A stretch of 64,000 bases of DNA from Octopus vulgaris (lineage: Eukaryota): positions 75,950,001 through 76,014,000 of the forward strand of contig OX597827.1 in NCBI GenBank assembly GCA_951406725.2, written 5' to 3'. Below are positions 12,401 to 28,281 of the stretch, piece after piece. Both the position numbers and the translations under genes were made by a program. The notes under the pieces are model-generated. The model saw only the letters and a program-made list of their open reading frames with translations, was not told the origin of the DNA and ran no database searches. The first letter of the stretch is position 1. Each line of letters opens with the position of its first letter.

Positions 12401-12678
12401 ACGAATTCTCACTCTGCAGGATTTTCTTATATAGATTTTCAAGCAAAATACATTTGCTGATTTCGAAAATCTGTTCGAAAGCAATAATAATTCTCTAAAA
12501 GGGATATAGACAGTAACTGCTCGATAACATAAGGGACTAAAGCCATCTGAATATGGCTAGGGACAGGGCAGGGTGGTGGGGGTGTTACTGTTGCATTTAG
12601 CCCCAGGCGAACATCGACGTCACCAGAAAGGCTCGACACCGTCACGGTGCCCTTAACCTGCAAAGGGAGGTAATTCCC

Positions 12679-12760
12679 CGATGAAGCGGAAACCACACAC
12701 GGACCATGGTTTCAAGGTGTATTGCCTATCATCGGCGTGTGGTAGGCCTCCGCTTCCTCG
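12679..12760 (-). ncRNA. Type I hammerhead ribozyme, array copy 2
   Basis: Identical to copy 1, offset +360. Confidence 0.8.
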
Positions 12761-13038
12761 ACGAATTCTCACTCTGCAGGATTTTCTTATATAGATTTTC
12801 AAGCAAAATACATTTGCTGATTTCGAAAATCTGTTCGAAAGCAATAATAATTCTCTAAAAGGGATATAGACAGTAACTGCTCGATAACATAAGGGACTAA
12901 AGCCATCTGAATATGGCTAGGGACAGGGCAGGGTGGTGGGGGTGTTACTGTTGCATTTAGCCCCAGGCGAACATCGACGTCACCAGAAAGGCTCGACACC
13001 GTCACGGTGCCCTTAACCTGCAAAGGGAGGTAATTCCC

Positions 13039-13120
13039 CGATGAAGCGGAAACCACACACGGACCATGGTTTCAAGGTGTATTGCCTATCATCGGCGTGT
13101 GGTAGGCCTCCGCTTCCTCG
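13039..13120 (-). ncRNA. Type I hammerhead ribozyme, array copy 3
   Basis: Identical to copy 1, offset +720. Confidence 0.8.
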
Positions 13121-13570
13121 ACGAATTCTCACTCTGCAGGATTTTCTTATATAGATTTTCAAGCAAAATACATTTGCTGATTTCGAAAATCTGTTCGAAA
13201 GCAATAATAATTCTCTAAAAGGGATATAGACAGTAACTGCTCGATAACATAAGGGACTAAAGCCATCTGAATATGGCTAGGGACAGGGCAGGGTGGTGGG
13301 GGTGTTACTGTTGCATTTAGCCCCAGGCGAACATCGACGTCACCAGAAAGGCTCGACACCGTCACGGTGCCCTTAACCTGCAAAGGGAGGTAATTCCCCG
13401 ATGAAGCGTCCCTAGCCATATTCAGATGGCTTTAGTCCCTTATGTTATCGAGCAGTTACTGTCTATATCCCTTTTAGAGAATTATTATTGCTTTCGAACA
13501 GATTTTCGAAATCAGCAAATGTATTTTGCTTGAAAATCTATATAGAAAATCCTGCAGAGTGAGAATTCGT

Positions 13571-13651
13571 CGAGGAACGGAGGCCTACCACACGCCGATG
13601 ATAGGCAATACACCTTGAAACCATGGTCCGTGTGTGGTTTCCGCTTCATCG
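13571..13651 (+). ncRNA. Type I hammerhead ribozyme, inverted arm
   Basis: CCGATGA at 13595-13601, GAAA at 13617-20 and GTC at 13626-28. Predicted cleavage is after 13628. Confidence 0.8.
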
Positions 13652-13841
13652 GGGATTACCTCCCTTTGCAGGTTAAGGGCACCGTGACGGTGTCGAGCCT
13701 TTCTGGTGACGTCGATGTTCGCCTGGGGCTAAATGCAACAGTAACACCCACCACCTGCCCTGTCCCTAGCCATATTCAGATGGCTTTAGTCCCTTATGTT
13801 ATCGAGCAGCTACTGTCTATATCCCTTTAGAGAATTATTAT

Positions 13842-13874
<33 letters not shown>

Positions 13875-13965
13875 GTATGCATATATGTATGTATGTATAT
13901 ATGTATATCACCATCGTCATCAACATCATTTATAATATGATATGTGTTTGTGTGTTTATACATTC

Positions 13966-14016
<51 letters not shown>

Positions 14017-14446
14017 TGTATGCATGTATGTATGTATGTATGAATGTATGTATGTATGTATGTATGTATGTATGCATGTATACATGTATGTATGTATACA
14101 TGCATGCATGCATGTATGTATGTATGTATGCATGTATGGATGGATGGATAGATGGTTGGATGGATGGATGTGTGTGTGTATATATATGTATATGTATATG
14201 TGTGTATATATATATATGTATATGATGGATATAAATATGTTTTTGTGTGTGTATATATATATAAATATATTTACAATTTCAATTGATTAAAATTTATTTT
14301 GGGCTCATCAAAGTGTATAAGCCTGCACTTAAATTACGTATTTATATCCATGTATGAAGATGATGATGATGATGATGATGATGATGATACACACAAATAG
14401 ATATAAATATGTAGCTAATTACAGTGATGAGCCCAGAATAATTTTT

Positions 14447-14709
14447 AATTAGAATAAGAAACGAAATGAGAAAAGCTTCTATGAAGCCATGAAAGTTGAA
14501 AACCCTTTCTATATTTCAGACACAAAGGTCCATTTCCAGAAGAAACATGTGTCTACATAGAACCTCTCATCTGGACAGCAAGATGGCAAGACCTATATGG
14601 ATACATGTTTCTTTGACTGTATCCTTCTGTGCCTGAAATATATGAAGCTTTTTTCAATTTTTGTCTCTGCATTGTTAGAAGCTCTCCTCATTTCAATTAT
14701 TATTCTACT
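14447..14709. repeat. Old imperfect foldback (inverted repeat), probably a decayed Penelope-type element
   Basis: Paired blocks aatgagaaaagcttcta/tagaagctctcctcatt, atatttcagacaca/tgtgcctgaaatat and agaaacatgtgtc/gatacatgtttct. Confidence 0.65.
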
Positions 14710-14773
14710 TTTGTATTACAATGCTTCAAGCAAACTACAACACTTTTCTTAATTTCTTATAGCATCAATGAAA

Positions 14774-14971
14774 ATGTGAAGTATATTTGCCATCTAAATA
14801 TGGCTAACCATTAAGGGTGGATGTTACTGTAGCTTGTAGCCCCAGGAGAACATCTTCTCCAGCTGGCTATCAGTGCCCTATCAGTATTTGCAAAGGGAAG
14901 TCATCCTTCCCATCGTCGACCTACGTGATACACATGGACCTGGGTTTCTGAGTATTATTTACCCATCATCA
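14774..14971 (-). mobile_element. Diverged relative of the 360-bp retrozyme unit with a 5'-truncated hammerhead
   Basis: Shares gccatct.aatatggcta, gttactgt.gc...tagccccagg.gaacatc and tgcaaaggga. Minus strand reads TGATGA-TGGGTA-aataa-TACTCA-GAAA-CCCAGG-TC-CATGTG. Confidence 0.75.
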
Positions 14972-15164
14972 TTCTCGAAAAAGGTAAGAAGGTAAAATCC
15001 TAAAATCCCAATCAAATTAAAATTCTTTGGCTGCTATGGTGGCAACACACATCCTGTGTTGCTATTATTCAGCCTCCTCAACAAAACATACTCCGCTCTA
15101 AGCTTCAGAAATTTTCCAAGCTCGTTATTCAAATTTGCCTAATCATCAAACAGTAAGATAACAA

Positions 15165-15460
15165 AAGAAAGAAAGAGGCCTTGATATTATGTAAATAGAG
15201 GAATTTATCTGTAAATGTAATATGTGACAATTATTCGGTAGCCAAGATAAAACTCTGAGTTTTGGATGCCGAGGGGGAAATCCAAGCCACCATCTCTTCA
15301 GTTATTCGGCCATCAGAAAAACACTATGAAAGGAAAAAAAAGCGTTTTTCCAATAGCCGTATAACTGAAGAGATGGTGGCATGGATTTCCACCTCGGCAT
15401 CTGAAACTCAGAGTTTTATCTTGGCTACTGAATAATTATCACATATTACATTTACTGATA
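15165..15460. mobile_element. Foldback Penelope-type element with a hammerhead in each arm (15241-15310 -, 15356-15425 +)
   Basis: Arms at 15206-15310 and 15356-15460. The plus arm reads ATAA-CTGAAGA-GATG...CATC-t-GAA-ACTCAGAGT-T-TTAT. The right end joins (TA)n. Confidence 0.8.
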
Positions 15461-15511
<51 letters not shown>

Positions 15512-15519
15512 TTTTATTC

Positions 15520-16570
15520 AGAAGTCCTGTAGTAACAGGAAGCTGGCAAAGAATGCAGACCTGACAGATTGGAAACATGCAGTCAGTGACCTGTACCCAA
15601 AACAGCAATGAGATTCAGTTGCTGCATGGGTGTCTGAGCCTTTCCATTAGGGGAGGGCACTGCTCACCTGGAGGCCAGGGAAGTTCTAGAAAAGGTGAAT
15701 CAAAAGTTGCCTGTCTTTCTCTATCTGGTCAGTTTAGGATGTCAGATGAATGCCCATCCTGTGCTTGAAAAGCAAAGAGAATACTTATAAAATCTGGTTG
15801 GAACTTGAATATTTCATGTTGGAATGTGTACACCCTGTTGGATAACAGGAGTGACTGTAGGCCTGAAACATGCATTACACTTGTTGCTCACATGCTGAAC
15901 TGTTATAGCAGTGATGTAGCCCACTTTCAGAGATTCGTGTAGAAGATGATGGTTAGCTTGAAGAAGTAGGAGGTAGATATACCTTTTTTTGGAGTTCAGA
16001 AAAATGTTCAATCCAGTGACCTATGATCTCTGTTGATTTAATAAACAGAGTAGAAGACTCCTTGGATATCCTGAATATTGAGGCAATGGTGCACAAACAC
16101 CAGTCACATTGGACAGGACACCTTGTTAGAATGAATGATAGCAGAATCCCTAAACAAATATTACATAGAGAACTTGTTAGTGGAAAGCAAACCCAGCAGA
16201 AGCCAAGACTGCAATTTAAGGACTGTGTAAAATCCTTGTTAAAGGCCTGTGAAATGCAGGAAGCTGACTGGGAGGGCAATGCTTGTCATTGCTACAGATG
16301 GAGGAAATGGGAAGAGGAGGGAGTCAAGACCTTTGAATGAGCACGAATTCTTCATGAAGAATTTAAGCATGCTGCTCAAATAAGCACTGCTAGTGTCATG
16401 AATGGGGAAATCTTGGTCTGCTATGTTTGCAGTCATGTAGGTTTGTCAAGAGCAGGGCTCCATTAGTCACCAACAGAGTTGCAAGTGTAAAGTATAAGGT
16501 AGTACTGAGCACACTATGTTCCTAAAAGTCAGTAATGGCTTTCCCTGGTCGCAAGGGAACAGCCATCATA
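15520..16570 (+). mobile_element. Internally deleted RTE (BovB-like) LINE
   Basis: AP-endonuclease start (NISCWNVYTLLDN..RPE...YTFF) is fused at about 15995 to the post-RT region (HWTGHLVRMNDSRIPKQIL..EL..GK) and a C-terminal CxxC...SRAGL zinc-finger remnant. Confidence 0.8.
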
Positions 16571-17179
16571 CATATATATACATATATATATGATCTGGCT
16601 AGAAATTGTGATTGTAGATATAAGGATAAATATTATTTTAATTTTTGTTCACAGAACAATATTGTATATAGATGTAGGGTTGTTTTGGAACAGAAAAAAT
16701 ACTTTTACATACAATCAACGGAAATTTTTATTAAAAAGCAGGTCACAAACCACGAGTACACCTTTAGGAATTAGGTTTAACAGTACAAGTCTGAGTAAAC
16801 TAAATTGGAAACTGAAGGATAGTAAGAAATTATATAACATAAATTGAAAAATACTTCGTCATGCTAGATCTTACAAAATTAATGATGCTAGATGCAATTT
16901 AAGTGTAGATGAATTATATCAGATATAAACATCTAAGAAGAAATTACTTATTGAAAAACGTGAGTGTTCTATGTTGTACACACTATTCTAAATATCTGTT
17001 TAGAAAATTTTATTAAGAACGTATATTTGTACTCGTAGGTATCCATTTGTATGTGTGCATATGTACAGTATGATCATATATTTGTATATATATATGTATC
17101 TATTTGTATACATGGGTATATGTTGTTTGTATTTATATCTGACGCTATATATATATGTTCTTATGCATATGTATGTGTT

Positions 17180-17227
<48 letters not shown>

Positions 17228-17535
17228 AAGCCCGTCGTATATATGTATGTATGAAATATACACGGATGGAAAAACCACCACATGAATTTCTTACATGCTA
17301 GAAAGGGCAGTCAAAACTCAAAACCGCAATAAAACATTCTTATATTAAAGCACATTGTTCGTACGCGAGCAAGACATTTGAGTGAATAAAAATTTCAGTT
17401 AACCTTATACCCATGTGTTTCACCATTAATGACCAAATCAATCAAAAAATATATTATTAGCTGATTTATATGTGTACATAAGTGTGTTTGTGCATGAATG
17501 TATTCCTATACTCTCTCTCTCTCTCTCTCTCTCTC

Positions 17536-17599
<64 letters not shown>

Positions 17600-17668
17600 G
17601 TATATATGTATATGTATATATGTATATATATAAGTGTGTGTGTGTCTGTGTGTGTGTCTGTGTTTATA

Positions 17669-17728
<60 letters not shown>

Positions 17729-17846
17729 CACATACATATACACACATAAGTATATATATGTATATTTAATTATGTATTATATATCTACTTATATATGTAT
17801 ATATATAAGTGTGTGTGTGTCTGTGTGTGTGTCTACATGTGTGTGG

Positions 17847-17889
<43 letters not shown>

Positions 17890-18093
17890 GCACTTTGAAA
17901 GGGTCATTTAGCAAATAAAATCATCCATTTTGTTGTGTTTCAATTCCTTTTGTTATTATCAGTTAACTGGTAACTAATTTGCTAATCAATTATTTGATTA
18001 TTTCTCCTGATCAAAAGAACCGATCAATAATCATTGACACACATGAATAAGCAACACAACACCAGCCAAACAAGATTGCATGCACAACCAAAT

Positions 18094-18094
<1 letters not shown>

Positions 18095-18149
<55 letters not shown>

Positions 18150-18239
18150 GTGCTATGCACATATGCCCTACACATGGACACTGACCATGAAACACAAAAG
18201 CTTACACAACAAAACCTCTCCAATTAGGACTACATACAC

Positions 18240-18274
<35 letters not shown>

Positions 18275-18318
18275 CACACACAGAAACACACACACAGAAA
18301 CACACACACAAACACACT

Positions 18319-18414
<96 letters not shown>

Positions 18415-18474
18415 CAAACACACACACTCACACACACAGAAACACACACAGAGAAACACACACACAAACACACT

Positions 18475-18525
<51 letters not shown>

Positions 18526-18624
18526 ACAAACACACACACACTCACACACACTCACACACACACTCAAACACACACACACACTCACACACACTCACACACT
18601 CACACACACACACTCACACACACA

Positions 18625-18703
<79 letters not shown>

Positions 18704-18780
18704 ACACTTACACACACACTCACACACACAGAAACACACACACTCAAAGACATGCCCACTCGCATACACATACATACACA
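18095..18780. repeat. Long interrupted (CA)n microsatellite
   Basis: Seen directly. Confidence 0.95.
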
Positions 18781-19120
18781 ACTGTAATAAACTACCCAGA
18801 GACAATGCAAGCAATAATCTTTAAATACCGAAGTAGCAAGACAGGGAAATCAGAGGAAAACAACAGAACGGATGAGGGTACTGGTCACTGAGAAGGTCCC
18901 TGGCTGTGGAGGAAGAACCCTGAGGAGACATCACAATGATTCTTTTGTCTTTTACTTGTTTCACTCATTGGACTGTGGCCAAGCTGGAACCCCACACTGA
19001 AGGGTTTTAGTTGAGCAAATTGACCCCAATACATATTTTTTTTTATTTAAGTCTGGTACCCATTCTATCAGTTTCTTCTGCCAAATTGCTATGTTACAGG
19101 GGCATAGACAAACTAATACC

Positions 19121-19351
19121 TATTTCTTTATTACCCACAAGGGGCTAACACAGAGAGGACAAACAAGGACAGACATAGGTATTAAGTCGATTACATCGAC
19201 CCCAGTGCGTAACTGGTACTTAATTTATCGACCCCGAAAGGATGAAAGGCAAAGTCGACCTCGGCGGAATTTGAACTCACAACGTAACGCAGACGAAATA
19301 CCGCTAAGCATTTCGCCCGGCGTGCTAACCTTTCTGCCAGCTCGCCGCCTT
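19121..19351 (-). mobile_element. tRNA-derived SINE (Meta-domain-like) with 11-bp TSD, nested in another SINE
   Basis: TSD aaactaatacc at 19110-19120 and 19352-19362. Other copies at 33047-33278, 40683-40900, 46577-46780, 55826-56110 and 59507-59655. Confidence 0.9.
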
Positions 19352-19412
19352 AAACTAATACCAATTGTCAAAGACTCACAGACATGCATACACGCATGCA
19401 CACACACACACA

Positions 19413-19448
<36 letters not shown>

Positions 19449-19800
19449 GACCACCATCATAATCAGCAGCAGCAGCACCTTCATCATTTTTACATTTGCT
19501 TTGCATGGTGGGATAGATAAATGATTTGTACAATAACTGCATCTTACTAAGATAATCAGAGGACCAGGTTTTGTCTTGCTTCCATACTGTACTTTAGTAT
19601 GTTTTTATACACACACACATATGTATGCATGTATGTATGCATGTATGTATGTATCTATATATGTTTGTATGTATGTATGTATGTATGTATGTATGTATGT
19701 ATGTATGTATGCATGTATGTATGTACCTATATATGTTTGTATGTATGTATGTATAAGAATGTTGTACATTGCTTGAAGCATTGTAATATCAAAGACTGTA

Positions 19801-19977
19801 TAAAAAGAGAAAATAGACAGCTTCTGGCAAAGTGGAAAGTTTAATACAACCTTTATATTTCAGACGCAAAGCCCATCTTCAGAAGTTGGGCTTCGCATCT
19901 GAAGTATAAAGATTTTATTAAACTTTCCACATTGCCAGAAGCTGCCTAGTTTCTCACTTTTTACATTCTTCAATAAT

Positions 19978-19983
<6 letters not shown>
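19801..19983. mobile_element. Foldback Penelope-type element with decayed minimal hammerhead (19848-19887 -)
   Basis: Arms at about 19801-19875 and 19887-19963. Minus strand reads CTT-CTGAAGA-TGGGC-tttgc-GTCT-GAA-ATAT-A-AAG. The right end joins (TA)n. Confidence 0.7.
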
Positions 19984-20039
<56 letters not shown>

Positions 20040-20041
<2 letters not shown>

Positions 20042-20421
20042 AAGCACTCCGTCGGTTACGACGACGAGGGTTCCGGTTGATTCTATCAACGGAACAGCCT
20101 GCTCGTGAAATTAACGTGTAAGTGGCTGAGCACTCCACAGACACGTGTACCCTTAACGTAGTTCTTGGGGATATTCAGCGTGACACAGAGAGTGACAAGG
20201 CCGGCCCTTTGAAATACAGGTACAACAGAAACAGGAAGTAAGAGTGAGACAAAGTTGTGGTGAAAGAGTACAGCAGGGATCACCACCATCCCCTGCCGGA
20301 ACCTCATGGAGTTTTAGGTGTTTTCGCTCAATAAACACTCACAATGCCCGGTCTGGGAATCAAAACCACGATCCTACGACCTCGAGTCCGCTGCCCTAAC
20401 CACTGGGCCATTGCGCCTCCA
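20040..20421 (-). mobile_element. Full-length tRNA-derived SINE
   Basis: Minus-strand head ggaggcgcaatggcccagtggttagggcagcggac...gattcccagacc (A/B boxes). A related copy lies at 40950-41258. Confidence 0.85.
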
Positions 20422-20664
20422 CTTATATATATATATTGGCATGTGAAAAACAACATTTAAGCGTGGTCGTTGCCTGTGCCACCAGATTGTCTCCCGTGCC
20501 GGTGGTACGTAAAAGCATCCACTACACTCTCAGAATGGTTGGTGTTAGGAAGGGTATCCAGCTGTAGAAATTTTGCCAGATCAGATTGTGCTTGGTGCAG
20601 CCTCTGGCTCACCAGTCCTCAGTCAAACCGTCCAACCCATGCCAGCATGGAAAGCGGACATTAA

Positions 20665-20702
<38 letters not shown>

Positions 20703-20778
20703 AAACAGTAATAAATGAGTGAAAAAAATATATAGTGTAAAACAAAAAAAAAAATGACCATTCCGAAATACAACAGTA

Positions 20779-21220
20779 TATAATCAAAATAAGCAACAAT
20801 TATATCCGAAGTAAAGTGGTACAATCGTTTCATGATTCTTCATTTTATTAAACACTGTAAGTATAACATCAGTTTTAAAATGTCGAGCAATCTTCAGCCA
20901 CATATAGAATTTTTCCAATAAAACGGACAATGCACATTCTTATCTCTATTTCGTTTGCCAACATTATAAAGAGGGTACATATACAGACAGAGAGGTTGAT
21001 TTCATTCTTAAGAACATGATAGTATTAAATTTACTCTCTGACAGTAGACTGAGAGATAAGAATGTGCATTGTGCGTTTGATTGGAAAATTTCTATAAATG
21101 GCTGAAGATTGCTCAACATTTGAAAACTGATGTTATACTTACAGTGTTTAATAAAATGAAGTAGCATGAAATAATCGTACCACATTACCTTGGATATGCT
21201 TGTTGCTTATTTTGATTATA
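20779..21220. mobile_element. Foldback Penelope-type element with a hammerhead in each arm (20816-20901 -, 21098-21183 +)
   Basis: Arms at 20779-20946 and 21053-21220. The consensus of the two arms is GTGG-CTGAAGA-T-TGCT...AGCA-T-GAAA-CGATCG-TA-CCAC. Confidence 0.75.
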
Positions 21221-21551
21221 ATCACCGCATGGATTTATATGGATAATACCATACAAAATTCTAGTGCCTTTGACTTAAGTACCATATTCATCTGAATCTA
21301 AATTTTGCTGAATATATATATATATTATATTAAATTAGAGATAAAACCACTATTAGGCAAATCAAACAGTGAAAAACATAAGCCAATACATAAAATTAAT
21401 TTAAAAATATAAAAGTTAAAAATAAAAAATTATTTAAATAATTTAAACTTATAAATTTTATATATATATACAAATATATATATATATATATGTATGTATG
21501 TATATTTTTATATTTATATATTATTGTATTTATTAATTAATTAATTAATTT

Positions 21552-21582
<31 letters not shown>

Positions 21583-21740
21583 TATATATCAAAAGTATTA
21601 AAAGTTTAATAAAAGATAAAGAGTAAAACACTACGATCGTTTCATGGCTGTACCAATTCGAATAACAATAATTTAAATTAAATTAAATTAAATTAAATTA
21701 TATATAAATTAAATTATATATATATATATATATAATTGCA

Positions 21741-21906
21741 TCTAAGGAGAGTCATTATGTCAATATTAGCACATGCAGTGATTCAATTGCACTCCTTTAT
21801 TATTAGTCAATCGTTAGTTGGATATTTAACCAATCGACCAATTATAAAGGAGTGGAACTGAAACGGTGCATGCATTAATAATGTTGTCATAATGACTCTC
21901 CCTAGA
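21741..21906. repeat. Imperfect 166-bp palindrome
   Basis: tctaaggagagtcattatg/cataatgactctccctaga and cactcctttat/ataaaggagtg. Confidence 0.8.
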
Positions 21907-22020
21907 AAACATGAATTCACATGAAGAATCTTGCAAACCAGATACGAAAATGAAATATATATATATATACATAAGTATGTATGTATATATCAATACATAT
22001 ACATATATATGTATATGTAT

Positions 22021-22082
<62 letters not shown>

Positions 22083-22094
22083 CCAGATGCCCAC

Positions 22095-22460
22095 CAATGC
22101 CGGAGGAGGGGAGGAAGGGGGAAAGGAGGAGGAGGATGGGGAGGATTGGGAAGAAGCGGGGAAAGAGGAAGAACCAGAGGAGTAAGAGGAAGAGAAAAAG
22201 GAAGAAAAGGAAAACAAGAAGAAGAAGAAGATGATGATGATGATGATGACGATGAAGAAGAAGAAAAAGAAGAAGTAGTAGTAGTAGTAGTAGAAGAAGA
22301 AGAAGAAGAAGAAGAAGAAGAAGAAGAAGAAGAAGAAGAAGAGGGGGAGTGGGGAGGAGAAGGACGGGGAAAGAGGAATTGTGGGAGGAGGTGGGGATGG
22401 GAGGTGGAAGAGGAGGTTGAGGAAGTGATGGAGGAAGAGGTAGTTGAGGGGAGGGGTTAT
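22095..22460. repeat. Purine-rich compound trinucleotide repeat (GGA/GAA/GAT/GTA)
   Basis: Seen directly. Confidence 0.9.
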
Positions 22461-22819
22461 AGACCAACCATTTAAAGAGGGCACAACTGAAATGGTTCTC
22501 AGGTGGGCTGTTAAAGAGCTTGGCATTGAAATATTGAATTGTGAAGAATTTTAGAAGAATGTTAAACGGCATTGTTATCTTTCCATCTACCTTTTTCAAC
22601 TTCTTCCTTTTTTTTTATGCTTTCCATTATCAGCAATCATCACCATTTTATGCCCACATTCAAAGCTTGCTGGATGATTCAACAGGATGTTGTGGATCAG
22701 ATGACAATGTCTTGCTCAAGCATCTCACTCTTAGAATGGCTTCTAGAGCTTGATGCTCTTCCTAAAACCAACAACATTACAAATGGTTCTCATCATCTTG
22801 TTGGTATCTTCTTACATAA

Positions 22820-23330
22820 GGCGGCGAGCTGGCAGAAACGTTAGCACGCCAGGCGAAATGCGTAGCCGTATTTCGTCTGCTGTTACATTCTGAGTTCAAA
22901 TTCCGCCGAGGTCGACTTTGCCTCTCATCCTTTCGAGATCGATAAATTAAGTACCAGTTACGCACTGGGGTCGATGTAATCGACTTAATCCGTTTGTCTG
23001 TCCTTCTTTGTCCCCCCTGTATTTAGCCCCTTGTGAGTAGTAAAGAAATAGGTATTTCGTCTGCCTTTACGTCCAGAGTTCAAATTCCGCCGAGGTCGAC
23101 TTTGCATTTCATCCTTTCGGGGTCAATAAATTAAGTACCAGTTACGCACTGAGGTCGATGTAATCGACTTAATCCGTTTCTCTGTCCTTGTTTGTCCCCT
23201 CTGTATTTAGCCCCTTGTGAGTAGTAAAGAAATAGGTATTTCGTCTGCCTTTACGTCCAGAGTTCAAATTCCGCCGAGGTTGAATTTGCCTTTCATCCTT
23301 TCGAGGTCGATAAATTAGTAAAGAAATACA
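22820..23330 (+). mobile_element. SINE with internal 184-bp tandem reiteration, enclosed by a single 15-bp TSD
   Basis: TSD tatcttcttacataa at 22805-19 and 23331-45. gtatttcgtctg recurs at 22868, 23052 and 23236. Confidence 0.9.
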
Positions 23331-23686
23331 TATCTTCTTACATAATTCCAGTCATTTAAACCAGTCTTGTTCAGCAATGAGACTGCCGCTGCTGGTCATC
23401 TGGCACAATCTTCCCTCATTACAACCAAGAACAGCACCAGAGGGACCTTGAACTTCTTAAACCATAATTATATGGCAGATGACTCATTGTGACAGTCAAG
23501 GTGTCATGTCTGTCTCCAAATATTAAAAAGCACATCTTATGTAGTTTCATTTCATGGATGCATTATCTGCTGTTGCAGTGTTTAAAAAAATGGTGTCTTG
23601 GTCATCTTCCAAATGAAAGGACAAGAAGAGAAAAATATACAAAAAAACAAAAACAAATCAGAAACAAACACACAGAGAGATATACA

Positions 23687-28280
<4,594 letters not shown>

Positions 28281-28281
28281 A

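Larger units (their letters stand above)
12164..13842. mobile_element. 360-bp retrozyme-like array: about 3.45 direct copies (12164-13408) plus an inverted 1.2-copy arm (13408-13842), inserted in (TA)n
   Basis: Exact 360-nt periodicity, an inversion junction with 1-nt overlap at 13408, one hammerhead per full unit, and (TA)n on both sides. Confidence 0.9.

Noticed and set aside
12293-13419. Repeated 63-86 aa ORFs in the 360-bp unit
   Set aside because: They are short, mostly start at non-ATG codons and show no motif. Conservation with the sister family follows RNA structure rather than reading frame.
21826-22599. 257-aa Pro/Leu/His-rich ORF and acidic ORFs on the other strand
   Set aside because: They are products of trinucleotide and purine-rich repeats.
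22820-22910. tRNA genes at SINE heads (also 20340-20421, 47439-47510)
   Set aside because: A/B boxes are present but there is no complete cloverleaf, and the heads continue into multi-copy SINE bodies.
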